From the NCBI GenBank assembly GCA_963793395.1, contig CAWCAP010000009.1:128179-192178 (forward strand): a stretch of DNA of 64,000 nucleotides. The letters run 5' to 3'. Positions within the stretch are counted from its first letter, which is position 1. The number at the start of each line of letters is the position of its first letter. The position numbers and the translations under genes were made by a program. The notes under the pieces were generated by a model. It did no database searches and had not been told where the DNA came from. It saw only the letters and a list, made by a program, of their open reading frames with translations. The DNA is from Bryobacterales bacterium (GTDB lineage: Bacteria; Acidobacteriota; Terriglobia; Bryobacterales; Bryobacteraceae). Below are positions 28,769 to 40,303 of this stretch, in pieces.

Positions 28769-29782
28769 ATGAGCTCATATCGGAGACCGTGGAAGCACAT
28801 CGGCTTCGCCGGATTAATCGCCGCAGCGGCTGCAAACATGGCCACGGCGCAGACCGAATCTTCGGGCGGCGCGGTTGCCGAACGGCAGCCGGCCAAAATA
28901 TTTTACGCGCCCAAGCCCATCCAGCCCATGCCGTATCTGGACCCCATGAAACCGCTGGTGCGCCTGGCCGATTTGAAAGCCAAACACGCGGGCCAGCCGA
29001 ATTGGAGCGAGTTGGTGGTCTACGACAAGAACAATCGCGCCGAGGTGATTTCAGCGGCGCCGGGAACGAAAGTGCCGCGCCACCTGCACTCGGACGCCCC
29101 CGAATACTGGGTGGTTCAGGAAGGCCGGATTCGGTTCGAGATCGAAGATTCTTTGGGAAAATTCAAGTACTTTGAGGCCGCGAAAGGCGATCTGGTGCTG
29201 GCTCCGGAGCGGCGTTTGCATTCGCTCGAAGTGATTGGATCCGAGCCGGCCATCCGTTTTCAAGTCACGCTGCCCGACACCACGACCGTCTACGAAACCA
29301 AGCCCGCCCAAGCCGAAAGAGGTATCGAATACGAGCCGGTGACTTTATCGACGGGCAACAATCCGGACGAAGTGCCGGGAGATGGCAAGCCCGAGCGCTT
29401 GTATTTCAATCTCGACGAGCTGCAGAAAGAGCATCCGGGGAAGCGCTCCTGGAGCGATCTCTCGGTTCGTAAAAACCGCGCGCACGCGAACATCATCTGT
29501 GGCTATGGCGCCGACGTGAAGCACCGGCCCGGCGACCTCGGGCACTATCACACAGACTTCGCCGAGATGTGGGTCATCATGCGCGGCCGGCAATCTTACG
29601 ACATCGAAGGGTTGGCTCCTTTTGTCGCTGGCATGGGCGACGTCGTCTACGCGCCGGCCAAAAGGTGGCACCGTCCGGAACCCACCGGCGAGGGAATGTC
29701 GTGCCGTCTTGCCATGACTCCGTATCCGGCAGGCAACCACCTGTATCAGCCGCGCGAACCGGGCTCTGCCAAAAGCGAGTAG
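28769..29782 (+). CDS. Secreted bicupin protein
   Basis: ATG at 28769 after GGGAGA, with a signal peptide. There are two cupin modules, each with an intact motif 1 (HLHSDAPE and HYHTDFAE) and a motif-2 His (ERRLHSLE and AKRWHRPE). Confidence 0.75.
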   Translation: MSSYRRPWKHIGFAGLIAAAAANMATAQTESSGGAVAERQPAKIFYAPKPIQPMPYLDPMKPLVRLADLKAKHAGQPNWSELVVYDKNNRAEVISAAPGTKVPRHLHSDAPEYWVVQEGRIRFEIEDSLGKFKYFEAAKGDLVLAPERRLHSLEVIGSEPAIRFQVTLPDTTTVYETKPAQAERGIEYEPVTLSTGNNPDEVPGDGKPERLYFNLDELQKEHPGKRSWSDLSVRKNRAHANIICGYGADVKHRPGDLGHYHTDFAEMWVIMRGRQSYDIEGLAPFVAGMGDVVYAPAKRWHRPEPTGEGMSCRLAMTPYPAGNHLYQPREPGSAKSE

Positions 29783-29820
29783 TCCGAAGTCTCAACATCA
29801 AGCTACAATGCTGGATTGGC

Positions 29821-30603
29821 ATGAGAACCTCCTACAAACCTCTACGCGCAGCCGCGGCACTTCTGCTTTCCGCCGGATTCCTGGCCGCACAAGCCATCCA
29901 AGGCCACCCCGAAGACTATTCGCGGGCCGATATCGAATACGGGGCACGCCTTTACTCCGAGAACTGCGACCGCTGCCACGGCCCGAACGGCACTGGCGTC
30001 AGTGGCGTGGATTTCAAGAGCGGTAAATTCAGCCACGCCTCGACGGACCGGCAGTTGATCGCAGTAATCACCAGCGGTTTTCCGGAAGCTGGCATGCCGC
30101 CGTTCAAATTCGACGATGCCCAGTTCGCCGGTATCGTCGCGTATCTTCGCAACATGAATACGCTGGATCGCGGAGCGCTGAAGCCCGGCGACCCCGCTCG
30201 CGGCCAGGCTGTTTTCGAAGGCAAAGGCGCCTGCCTGAACTGCCACCGCGTCAATGGCAAAGGGTCGCGAAAAGCTCCCGACCTGAGCGACGTCGGTTCC
30301 GTCCGCAGCGCCGGCTCCATCGAACGCTCCTTGGTCGATCCGAATACGCAGATGATGCCGATCAATCGCCCGGTTCACATCGTAACGCGTGACGGCAAGA
30401 CCATCGACGGCCGGCGCGTGAACGAGGACACCTATACGGTTCAAATCGCAGATCAGGACGGGCGTTTGCTTTCTCTCCAAAAGTCCGGCTTGCGCGAGTT
30501 CTCAGTTTCGACGAAATCCAACATGCCCTCGTATAAGGGCGAGCTCACACCGGCCGAAATGTCGGACCTGGTGTCCTACTTGCTTACGCTGAAGGGGCAA
30601 TAA
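29821..30603 (+). CDS. Di-haem c-type cytochrome
   Basis: ATG at 29821 with a signal peptide. CDRCH at 29965-29979 and CLNCH at 30232-30246. It ends 5 nt before the PQQ dehydrogenase gene. Confidence 0.8.
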   Translation: MRTSYKPLRAAAALLLSAGFLAAQAIQGHPEDYSRADIEYGARLYSENCDRCHGPNGTGVSGVDFKSGKFSHASTDRQLIAVITSGFPEAGMPPFKFDDAQFAGIVAYLRNMNTLDRGALKPGDPARGQAVFEGKGACLNCHRVNGKGSRKAPDLSDVGSVRSAGSIERSLVDPNTQMMPINRPVHIVTRDGKTIDGRRVNEDTYTVQIADQDGRLLSLQKSGLREFSVSTKSNMPSYKGELTPAEMSDLVSYLLTLKGQ

Positions 30604-30608
30604 ATACC

Positions 30609-32317
30609 ATGAAACGATTTGCATTATTGGCTCTAACTCTGGTCACACTGTTGCCCTTGGGCTTGAACGCCCAGAATCCGGTCACTTATGACCGCCTCGC
30701 CAACGCCGCGAAAGAGCCGCAGAACTATCTGACGTATGGCGGCGATTATTTTAGTGACCGCTTCAGTCCGCTCACTCAAATCACGCCCGCAAATGCGAAA
30801 AATCTGAGTCTCTCCTGGGTGTATCAATCGGCTGTTTCAGGTAGTTGGGAATCTACCCCGCTGGTAGTCGACGGAATCATGTACGTGACACAGCGGCCGA
30901 ACGATGTGGTTGCGCTCGACGCCGTTACCGGCCGGGTGTTCTGGATTTATCACTACAACAACGATCCTAAAGTCACGGTCTGCTGCGGTGCGAATAATCG
31001 GGGCATCGCGATTATGGGTGACACGCTTTATATGGGTACGCTCGACGCGCACCTGGTGGCTATCGACACCAAGAGCGGTCATGCCACTTTGGAAATCGGA
31101 TGTTGCGGATAGCAAGGCAGGGTACTCCCTGACAATGGCGCCACTCGCGGTTAAAGACGAAATAATCGTCGGCGTGGGCGGCGGAGAATACGGCATTCGC
31201 GGGTTCATTGCTGCCTTCGATGCGAAAACAGGCAAGCAACATTGGAAGTTTTATACCATCCCTGCGCCCGGCGAGCCGGGTTCCGAGACGTGGGGCAACT
31301 GCAAAGCCGCTACCGCGTACTGCGATCCCGACGCGTGGAAGCACGGCTCAGGTTCGGCCTGGGTCACGGGTTCGTTCGATCCGAGTCTCAACATGATCTA
31401 TTGGGGAATCGGCAACGTTGGTCCGGACTACAACGGCGAGCAGCGGCCGGGTGACAACCTCTACACCTGCTCCGTCATAGCGCTGGACGCCGACACGGGC
31501 ACGCTCAAGTGGCATTACCAGTTCACGCCGCACGATGAATACGATTACGATTCCGTCCAGGTTCCCGGTGCTGGCCGACATCACGTGGAAAGGCGCGCCG
31601 CTCAAAGCCATGCTATGGGCGAATCGCAACGGCAATTTCTATGTGCTCGACCGCGCCACCGGAAAGTTTCTCCTAGGCAAGCCCTTCGTAAAGGTAAATT
31701 GGATGAGCGGGTTCGACGACAGCGGCAAGCCGATCCAGACCCCGCAGCCTCCCGGGATGCCGACCTATCCTGCAGTGCAGGGCGGAACCAACTGGTATTC
31801 GCCTTCTTTCAGCCCGCGCACGCATCTCATGTATGTCTCCGCCTGGGAAGATGAGGGCGAGATGTTCGGTGGAGTGCCCGTCGAATACAAAGAAGGCATG
31901 AATTTCGGAGGCGGTAATCTCTCGCTGTTTGTGCCGCAGGCCGATGCTCCTACCAAACCGATTCCGAACGCGCCGACCATTCCCAACCTGCGGCGCGGGC
32001 CCATCAATAACTGGACCGATGCCGGTGGCCACGGCGCCGTCCTGGCAATCGATCCCCAAACCGGCACCGTGAAGTGGCGCTTCCGCATGACCGACGTCAC
32101 CGATAGTGGAATCATCAGCACCGCGAGCGATGTGATCTTTACCGGCGGCCGCGAAGGTTACCTGCAAGCCATCGATGCGCGCACCGGTACGCTGATTTGG
32201 AAGCAGAATCTGGGTGCGCAAATGATTAACAATCCCATCACCTACTCGGTGAACGGGAAGCAGTACGTCGCCGCGATGGCGGGGTTGTCATTGTTTACGT
32301 TCGCGCTGCCGAACTGA
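30609..32317 (+). CDS. PQQ-dependent alcohol/methanol dehydrogenase family protein, two apparent frameshifts (near 31083 and 31565)
   Basis: Signal peptide. Vicinal Cys VTVCCGANNRG. GGGEYGIRGF. YQFTPHDEYDYDSVQ. WANRNGNFYVLDR. C-terminal propeller repeats. The fragments are 30609..31112, 30904..31854 and 31535..32317. Confidence 0.85.
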
Positions 32318-32378
32318 TCGGCGTTCGTTCCCCGGCGATTGGCGCAAGCGTGACCTATAATAGCCGGAGGTGAACTCC

Positions 32379-34409
32379 ATGCTGACTATTTCTTTCCCGC
32401 GTGCGCTGTGTTGCGCAGCGATTGCCTGTCTGGTCCCGGCCATCCCGGCTCTGGCGCAGACCGGCGCCAAGAACGGAGAATGGCGCAGCTACGGTGGCGA
32501 CACTGCGAACACGCGCTACTCGCCGCTCGATCAGATCAACGGATCGAATTTCAATAAACTGCTACTCGCATGGCATTTCAATACCGCCAATCTGGGGCCG
32601 CGCCCCGAATACAACCTGGAAGGGACGCCGTTGATGGCGAACGGCATCCTCTATGCCACGGCCGGTACACGGCGCGCGGTGGTGGCTCTCGATGCCGCCA
32701 CCGGCGAAGAGTTGTGGGTGCATAGTGAGAACGAAGGCCAGCGTGGACGCAACGCTCCTCGCCAGCTCTCCGGCCGTGGACTTTCTTATTGGACTGATGG
32801 AACCGAAGAGCGCGTCCTTTACGTAACGCCCGGATACCGCCTGGTCGCTCTGAACGCGAAGACCGGCGCGCGCATTCCCAGCTTCGGCAAAGACGGCATG
32901 GTCGATCTCAAGGAAGACGACGACCAGATCATAGACCCTGTCACCGGCGAAGTCGGCCTGCACTCGGCGCCGGTGGTTGCGAACGACACCATCATCGTCG
33001 GCGCAGCGCATCGCTCCGGCGGCGTGCCTCGCGGCAAGACCAACGTAAAAGGTTACGTGCGCGCTTTCGACGTGCGCACCGGCAAGCGCCTGTGGATCTT
33101 CCACACCATTCCCAAGCCCGGCGAGTTCGGTTACAACACATGGGAAAAGGACTCCGCGGATTACACCGGCAACACCGGCGTGTGGGGGCAGATCAGCGTC
33201 GACGAGCAACTCGGCATGGCGTATCTTCCCGTCGAATTGCCAACCGGCGATTACTACGGCGGCCATCGTCCCGGCAACGGTTTATTCGGCGAGAGCATCG
33301 TCGCCGTCGACCTCAAGACCGGTGTCCGTAAGTGGCATTACCAGTTGGTGCACCACGGCGTGTGGGATATGGACATCCCGTGCGCGCCCATGCTGGTCGA
33401 CCTCACCATCAATGGCCGCGCGGTGAAGGCCCTGGCACAGCCTACCAAGCAAGCGTTTCTCTATCTGTTCGATCGAACGACCGGGCAGCCCATTTTCCCG
33501 ATGGAAGAACGGCCCGTCGAGCAATCGACAGTGCCCGACGAAAAGACAAGTCCGACACAGCCGTTTCCCAGCAAGCCTCCAGCCTACGACCGGCAAGGCT
33601 TCTCCATGGACGACCTGATCGACTTCACGCCGGAGTTGCACGCGCAGGCGGCTGAAATTGTCTCCCATTTCAAGATCGGACCCATCTTCACGCCTCCGGT
33701 TTTGAGCCAGCGGCCGGGTCCGCTCGGTACACTCGCGTTTGCGACAGCCGGTGGTGGGACGAATTGGTCGGGCGGATCGCTCGATCCCGAGACCGGCATC
33801 GCATATTTGCCATCGCAAAAATCGCTCAGCAATCTGGGCCTCGTGCCATCCGACCCGAAGACAAACGATTTCCGCTTCGTGCAGGGCAACGCCATCGCGG
33901 GCGCCCGGACTTCGGCAGGAGCGGGCGCGGACGGAGGCGCGGAGCCTGCGGGCGGTGAGGCCGCCGGCAACACCGTGCGCCTCACTGTGCAAGAACTGCC
34001 GCTGTTCAAGCCGCCCTACGGACAGATCAGCGCCATCGATATGAACAAGGGCGAGATTTTGTGGCAGGTCGCGCGCGGCGAAACTCCCGATCTGGTGCGC
34101 AATCATCCGGCGCTCAAGGGTCTGACGATTCCACGAACTGGCCGGGGCGGCATCGCGGGCCTTATCGTAACGAAGACGCTGGTGATCGGCGGCGAGCCCG
34201 GTACCATCACCATGCCGGATGGCAAGAAGGGCGCGTATCTGCGCGCGTACGACAAGAAGACCGGTGCAGACGCGGGTGCGGTGCCGATGCCTGCCGGCCA
34301 GACCGGTTCGCCGATGACGTACATGCTGAACGGCAGGCAGTACATTGTGGTGGCGGTGGGCGCCGCCGGTTTCCCCGCCGAATATTTGGCGTACAGGCTG
34401 CCGAACTGA
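32379..34409 (+). CDS. PQQ-dependent dehydrogenase (glucose/quinate/shikimate-dehydrogenase-like, soluble with signal peptide)
   Basis: ATG at 32379 lies 9 nt after GGAGG. GEWRSYGGDTANTRYSPLDQI, WHYQLVHHGVWDMDIP and 8-bladed propeller-type repeats. Confidence 0.85.
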   Translation: MLTISFPRALCCAAIACLVPAIPALAQTGAKNGEWRSYGGDTANTRYSPLDQINGSNFNKLLLAWHFNTANLGPRPEYNLEGTPLMANGILYATAGTRRAVVALDAATGEELWVHSENEGQRGRNAPRQLSGRGLSYWTDGTEERVLYVTPGYRLVALNAKTGARIPSFGKDGMVDLKEDDDQIIDPVTGEVGLHSAPVVANDTIIVGAAHRSGGVPRGKTNVKGYVRAFDVRTGKRLWIFHTIPKPGEFGYNTWEKDSADYTGNTGVWGQISVDEQLGMAYLPVELPTGDYYGGHRPGNGLFGESIVAVDLKTGVRKWHYQLVHHGVWDMDIPCAPMLVDLTINGRAVKALAQPTKQAFLYLFDRTTGQPIFPMEERPVEQSTVPDEKTSPTQPFPSKPPAYDRQGFSMDDLIDFTPELHAQAAEIVSHFKIGPIFTPPVLSQRPGPLGTLAFATAGGGTNWSGGSLDPETGIAYLPSQKSLSNLGLVPSDPKTNDFRFVQGNAIAGARTSAGAGADGGAEPAGGEAAGNTVRLTVQELPLFKPPYGQISAIDMNKGEILWQVARGETPDLVRNHPALKGLTIPRTGRGGIAGLIVTKTLVIGGEPGTITMPDGKKGAYLRAYDKKTGADAGAVPMPAGQTGSPMTYMLNGRQYIVVAVGAAGFPAEYLAYRLPN

Positions 34410-35986
34410 CTTCGTTCCAAGCCATCATTGTCGGCGGAGGCCATAATGGCCTGGTGACGGCGGCGTATCTTGCTCGCGCCGGCGTTCAGGTTCTGGTACT
34501 CGAATCGCGCGAGCTAGTCGGCGGATGTGCGGTCACGGAAGAAATCTGGCCGGGTTATCGAGTTTCGACCGCATCTTACCTCGCGAGCCTCATGCAGGAA
34601 AAAGTGGTGCGCGATCTGGAGCTGGAGCGCTTCGGGTACCGCGTTGACGCCAAGGACCCAGCCTTCTTCTCGCCGTTTCCCGATGGGCGTCATCTGTTCA
34701 TGTGGCAGGATCGCGCGAAGACTCTAGCCGAGATCGCCAAGTTCTCGCAGCATGATGCCGACGCGTTTCCGCGCTACGAAGCACACCTTGAAAAGTTGGG
34801 GATGGTTGCGGAGTCTCTGCTGCTGACCACTCCGCCGGACTTCCCTCCGCAAGGCATCGGTGATTTCATCGATTACCTGAAGCTGATGGGGAAAATGCGC
34901 GGTCTATCACGCACCGAGATCGTCGGTCTGGTGAAAGTCTTCACGCAGAGCGCCGCCGATTTTCTGGACGACTGGTTTGAATCTGAAGAAATCAAGGTCA
35001 CTCTCGCGACCGACGGCGTCATCGGAGCCAACGGCGGCCCGCGTTCCCCGGGGACAGCTTACATTCTGCTGCACCACTGCATGGGTGGCGTGAACGGCCA
35101 CCGCGGATTGTGGGGTTTCGTACGCGGCGGGATGGGTGCGGTGTCCAACGCCATTGCCGATTCCGCGCGCGCGAGCGGAGCCGTCATCCGTACCAATGCG
35201 CCGGTCGAGAAGATCATCGTGAAGGATGGGCGAGCCGCGGGAGTGGTTCTGACCGGCGGTGAAGAGATTCTGGCGCCTATCGTTGCGAGCAACCTTGACC
35301 CTCGGCGCACATTCCTGCATCTGGTGGAAGAGTCAGCGCTGCCGGCCGATTTCGTTGCCGGGATGCGCCGCTTCCGTTCCGAAGGGACCTCGCTCAAGAT
35401 GAATCTGGCATTGAGCGGTCTGCCCGAGTTCACGGCGTTTCCTGGTGCACCAGGTCCGCAGCATCGTGCCACTATGCACTTGTGCCCGTCCATCGAATAC
35501 GTCGAACAAGCGTGGGATGACGCGAAATACGGCCGTCCATCACGTTCACCGCTGATCGAGATGACGATTCCGACCATGTACGACGCGGCCCTTGCTCCTC
35601 CAGGCCGCCACATCATGGGAATCTTTTTGCAATACGCGCCCTATACGCTCAAAGGGACCGATTGGGATACCGAGCGCGAGCGCTACGCCGATCGCGTGAT
35701 CGATGTGATCCAGGAATACTGTCCGAACATTCGCGAGATCGTGGTCGAGCGGCAAACGCTCACGCCGCTTGATCTGGAGCGACGCTTCGGCCTGACCGGC
35801 GGCAACATATTCCACGGCGAGATGTCACTGGATCAGATGTTCGTCATGCGGCCGCTGGCGGGTTGGGCGAAATACCGGACTCCGATCAAAGGCCTGTATC
35901 TATGTGGTTCTGGTGCGCATCCCGGCGGCGGTGTCATGGGCGCGCCCGGTCACAACGCTGCGCGCGAGATCCTGAGGGACCGTTAA
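34406..35986 (+). CDS. FAD-dependent oxidoreductase, phytoene desaturase (CrtI) family
   Basis: Dinucleotide-binding fold QAIIVGGGHNGLVTAAYLARAGVQVLVLE. C-terminal GLYLCGSGAHPGGGVMG. The start codon is unresolved: there is no ATG/GTG/TTG in frame just upstream, and 34406 is a CTG. Confidence 0.75.
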   Translation: MTSFQAIIVGGGHNGLVTAAYLARAGVQVLVLESRELVGGCAVTEEIWPGYRVSTASYLASLMQEKVVRDLELERFGYRVDAKDPAFFSPFPDGRHLFMWQDRAKTLAEIAKFSQHDADAFPRYEAHLEKLGMVAESLLLTTPPDFPPQGIGDFIDYLKLMGKMRGLSRTEIVGLVKVFTQSAADFLDDWFESEEIKVTLATDGVIGANGGPRSPGTAYILLHHCMGGVNGHRGLWGFVRGGMGAVSNAIADSARASGAVIRTNAPVEKIIVKDGRAAGVVLTGGEEILAPIVASNLDPRRTFLHLVEESALPADFVAGMRRFRSEGTSLKMNLALSGLPEFTAFPGAPGPQHRATMHLCPSIEYVEQAWDDAKYGRPSRSPLIEMTIPTMYDAALAPPGRHIMGIFLQYAPYTLKGTDWDTERERYADRVIDVIQEYCPNIREIVVERQTLTPLDLERRFGLTGGNIFHGEMSLDQMFVMRPLAGWAKYRTPIKGLYLCGSGAHPGGGVMGAPGHNAAREILRDR

Positions 35987-35989
35987 ACC

Positions 35990-36865
35990 ATGCTGCCCCT
36001 GCGCCTGATGCCGACTCGCCATTCTCCGTTTTACGCTCCGTTTCTGGCGGTCCACGCGGCGGGATTTCTGCGGGATGAAGGCGTGGAGTCCACGCTGCGG
36101 CTTCCCGTCGATGGAGAGAGCACCGCCGCCGTTCTGCGGAGCGGCGAAGTCGATGTGATCCAGAGCGCCGTCTCCGCAGCCTGGACGGCAATCGAAAAGG
36201 GCGTAACCGATTTCCCCATTCACATTGCGCAGATCAACCAGTGTGACGGATTCGTCATCGTTGGCCGCGAACCCGACCCTAGCTTCACATGGCAGAAATT
36301 GGAAGGCAAAACGTTAATCGCCGATCACGGTCATCAGCCTCTAAACTTGCTGCGCTGGGCCGCGCACAAGAAGGGCGGCGACCTCCGGCGAGCGAATCTA
36401 CTGAACCTCGGCTCCGCGCCAGCGATGGAAGCCGCCTTCCGCGCCGGACAGGGCGACTACATCCACTTGCAAGGCGGCATCCCGCAACAGATGGAACTCG
36501 AAGATGCGGGCCACATTGTTGCTTACGTGGGCCACGGCCTGACGCCGTTAGCGTTCTCGAGCGTTGCCGTTCCGCGCGCATTCATCGGAAGCGATAGGCA
36601 CGAGCTATTTCTCCGCGCCTTCGCGAAAGCCAAGGGTTGGGCTCGCCAGACGCCCCCGAGCGAAATTGCCAAAACACTGTCGCCGTTGTTTCCATCTCTT
36701 CACCTCGACGCGTTGACCGCCGTCATTGCCGCATGTCAGAAACTTGGATGCTGGAGCGGGGACGCCGCCATCCCTCGCGCCGATTATCACGAAGCGGAGA
36801 AGGCGTTCCTCTGGGCCAACGCTATTCAGCGCTCACACGCTTATGAGCAGGTGTGCCATGCTTGA
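35990..36865 (+). CDS. Periplasmic-binding-protein-like (NMT1/THI5- or SsuA-like) protein without signal peptide
   Basis: 291-aa ORF 3 nt after the oxidoreductase stop. It shows weak family resemblance only (alternating beta-alpha pattern, GDYIHLQGG). Confidence 0.45.
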   Translation: MLPLRLMPTRHSPFYAPFLAVHAAGFLRDEGVESTLRLPVDGESTAAVLRSGEVDVIQSAVSAAWTAIEKGVTDFPIHIAQINQCDGFVIVGREPDPSFTWQKLEGKTLIADHGHQPLNLLRWAAHKKGGDLRRANLLNLGSAPAMEAAFRAGQGDYIHLQGGIPQQMELEDAGHIVAYVGHGLTPLAFSSVAVPRAFIGSDRHELFLRAFAKAKGWARQTPPSEIAKTLSPLFPSLHLDALTAVIAACQKLGCWSGDAAIPRADYHEAEKAFLWANAIQRSHAYEQVCHA

Positions 36866-37073
36866 AGAGCATGAGCCGTCCACCCGACAGCGCGCCGCCC
36901 AAAAGCGATGACAAGCCGCTCAAGCCTTCTACCGACGCTCAGAAGCGCCGCCCGCAGATGACGCGCAAAGCTTTCGGCGAGTTGCTCAAGAAGGCGTTCA
37001 CGAAGCCCGATCCTAAATCGACCTAGGCGCTGCGCTTCCCCATCGAACCCGATCCTTGTTACTCTGGTTTCCG

Positions 37074-38709
37074 ATGATCCCCGCTCATTCTGGATTCGGA
37101 CGAAACTACGGCCGCTCGCTCGTGATCTCGCAACAGGGAATTGTGGCCACCAGCCAGGCGCTGGCTTCGCAAGCCGGCGCGCAGATTCTGGCGAACGGGG
37201 GCTCGGCGGTGGATGCCGCGATCGCCGCGAACGCCGTGCTGGGAGTGGTCGAGCCCATGATGGACGGCATCGGCGGCGATCTGTTCGTCCTCTACTGGGA
37301 CGCCGAAGCCAAGGAACTTTCGGGCCTGAACTCGTCCGGACCCGCGCCATGCGGCCTGTCGCCTGCTTTCCTAGCGGATCGCGGTGAGACGACATGCCGC
37401 TGGCGGGAATTCACACCGTCACCGTTCCCGGAGCTGTGGATGGTTGGGCCAAACTGCACAAGCGCTTCGGAAAGTTGCCGTGGGACCGTTTGTTCGCATC
37501 CGCCATCGCTTATGCGGACCAAGGCTTCCCGGTCACCGAAGCGATCCAGGAACAATGGACCTCGCCCGATTTCTTACGAACGATTGCTGAGCCACGCCGA
37601 GTCGTCGCGCGTCTTTCTGCCCGGCGGAAAGCCCCCGCGCGAGGGAGAACTGTTTCCGCAATCCCGAACTGGCGGCGCTTAGCCGCCTGGTCTCCGGCAG
37701 GGGCGCGACGCTTTTACAAAGGCGAAATCGCCGCCGCCATTCTCAAAACGTCGCAGAGCTGGGCGGAACCATGACCGCCGAGGACCTGGCCGGTTTCTCG
37801 GCGGAATGGGTCGAGCCCATTTCGATCGACTACCGCGGCTGGCACGTCTACGAATTGCCGCCCAACGGCCAGGGAATGGCCGCGCTCGAAATGCTGAACA
37901 TCATGGAGACGTCGCCGGCAGTCGGCGCGGACCCGTCCAGCGCGGCCGAAATGCACAAGCGCATCGAGGCCATGAAACTCGCCTATTCGGATGTGTGGCG
38001 CTACAACGCGCGATCCGCGGCATTCGAAGTTCCGGTGGCAACGCTGCTCTCCAAAGAACATGCCCGCCAGCGCGCCGCCTTAATCGATCCGCGCCGCGCC
38101 AACGGACAGGTGCCCGCCGCGACAGATCAACGCCGGACGACACCACGTATCTGACGGTAGTCGATCGGGAAGGAAACATCGCAAGCTGGATTCAGAGCGT
38201 CTACAGTAATTTCGGATCGGGCATCACGGTGGAGGGCATGGGATTCACGCTGCAGAATCGTGGCGCTGGTTTCACGCTCGATCCCGCGCATCCCAACGTG
38301 CTGGCGGGCGGCAAGCGCCCGTTTCACACCATCATTCCGGGCTTCATGCAGCGTGGCGACGCGCACGTCGGATTCGGCATCATGGGTGGCCCCAATCAGC
38401 CGCTGGCGCACGCGCAGTTTGTGTCCAATGTCGTCGATTACGGGATGAACCTGCAGCACGCCCTCGAAGCGCCGCGCTTCACGAAGATTTAATCCTGCCG
38501 GGTGCGATGTCTTGATCGAATCGCGCGTGCCGGCGGGAGCGCTGCAGGAACTAACGGAAATGGGGCATGAGGTCTCCGTGCGCCGCGAGTACACGCAGGA
38601 AATGGGCCGCGGGCAGGCCATCCTGCACGATTCGGAAACCGGAACCAACTACGCCGCTTCCGATCCCCGTGCCGATGGCGCTGCAACGCCCGAGCCCATT
38701 GTGTCGTAG
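37074..38709 (+). CDS. ggt: Gamma-glutamyltransferase family protein, interrupted by at least 4 apparent frameshifts
   Basis: GGSAVDAAIAANAVLGVVEPMMDGIGGDLF. Nucleophile block DTTYLTVVDREGN. GFTLQNRG. PFHTIIPGF. GIMGGPNQP. C-terminal AASDPRADG. The fragments are spread over three frames. Confidence 0.85.
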
Positions 38710-38715
38710 AAACTA

Positions 38716-40296
<1,581 letters not shown>

Positions 40297-40303
40297 ATAT
40301 TTA

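Noticed and set aside
27582-28835. Long antisense or alternative-frame ORFs. Examples are 27582..28835 (417 aa), 38926..40122 (398 aa), 49644..50762 (372 aa), 58965..59915 (316 aa), 14521..15414, 62699..63577 and 54950..55873.
   Set aside because: They are Arg/Pro/Gly/Ala-rich translations lying opposite to, or out of frame with, genes that have unambiguous family motifs. These are typical stop-poor shadow ORFs of high-GC DNA.
32370-34409. Lanthanide signature in the second PQQ enzyme (WDMD).
   Set aside because: The HHxxWDMD block is the normal motif of the glucose/quinate dehydrogenase branch. It is not diagnostic of lanthanide use, so I make no such claim for this gene.
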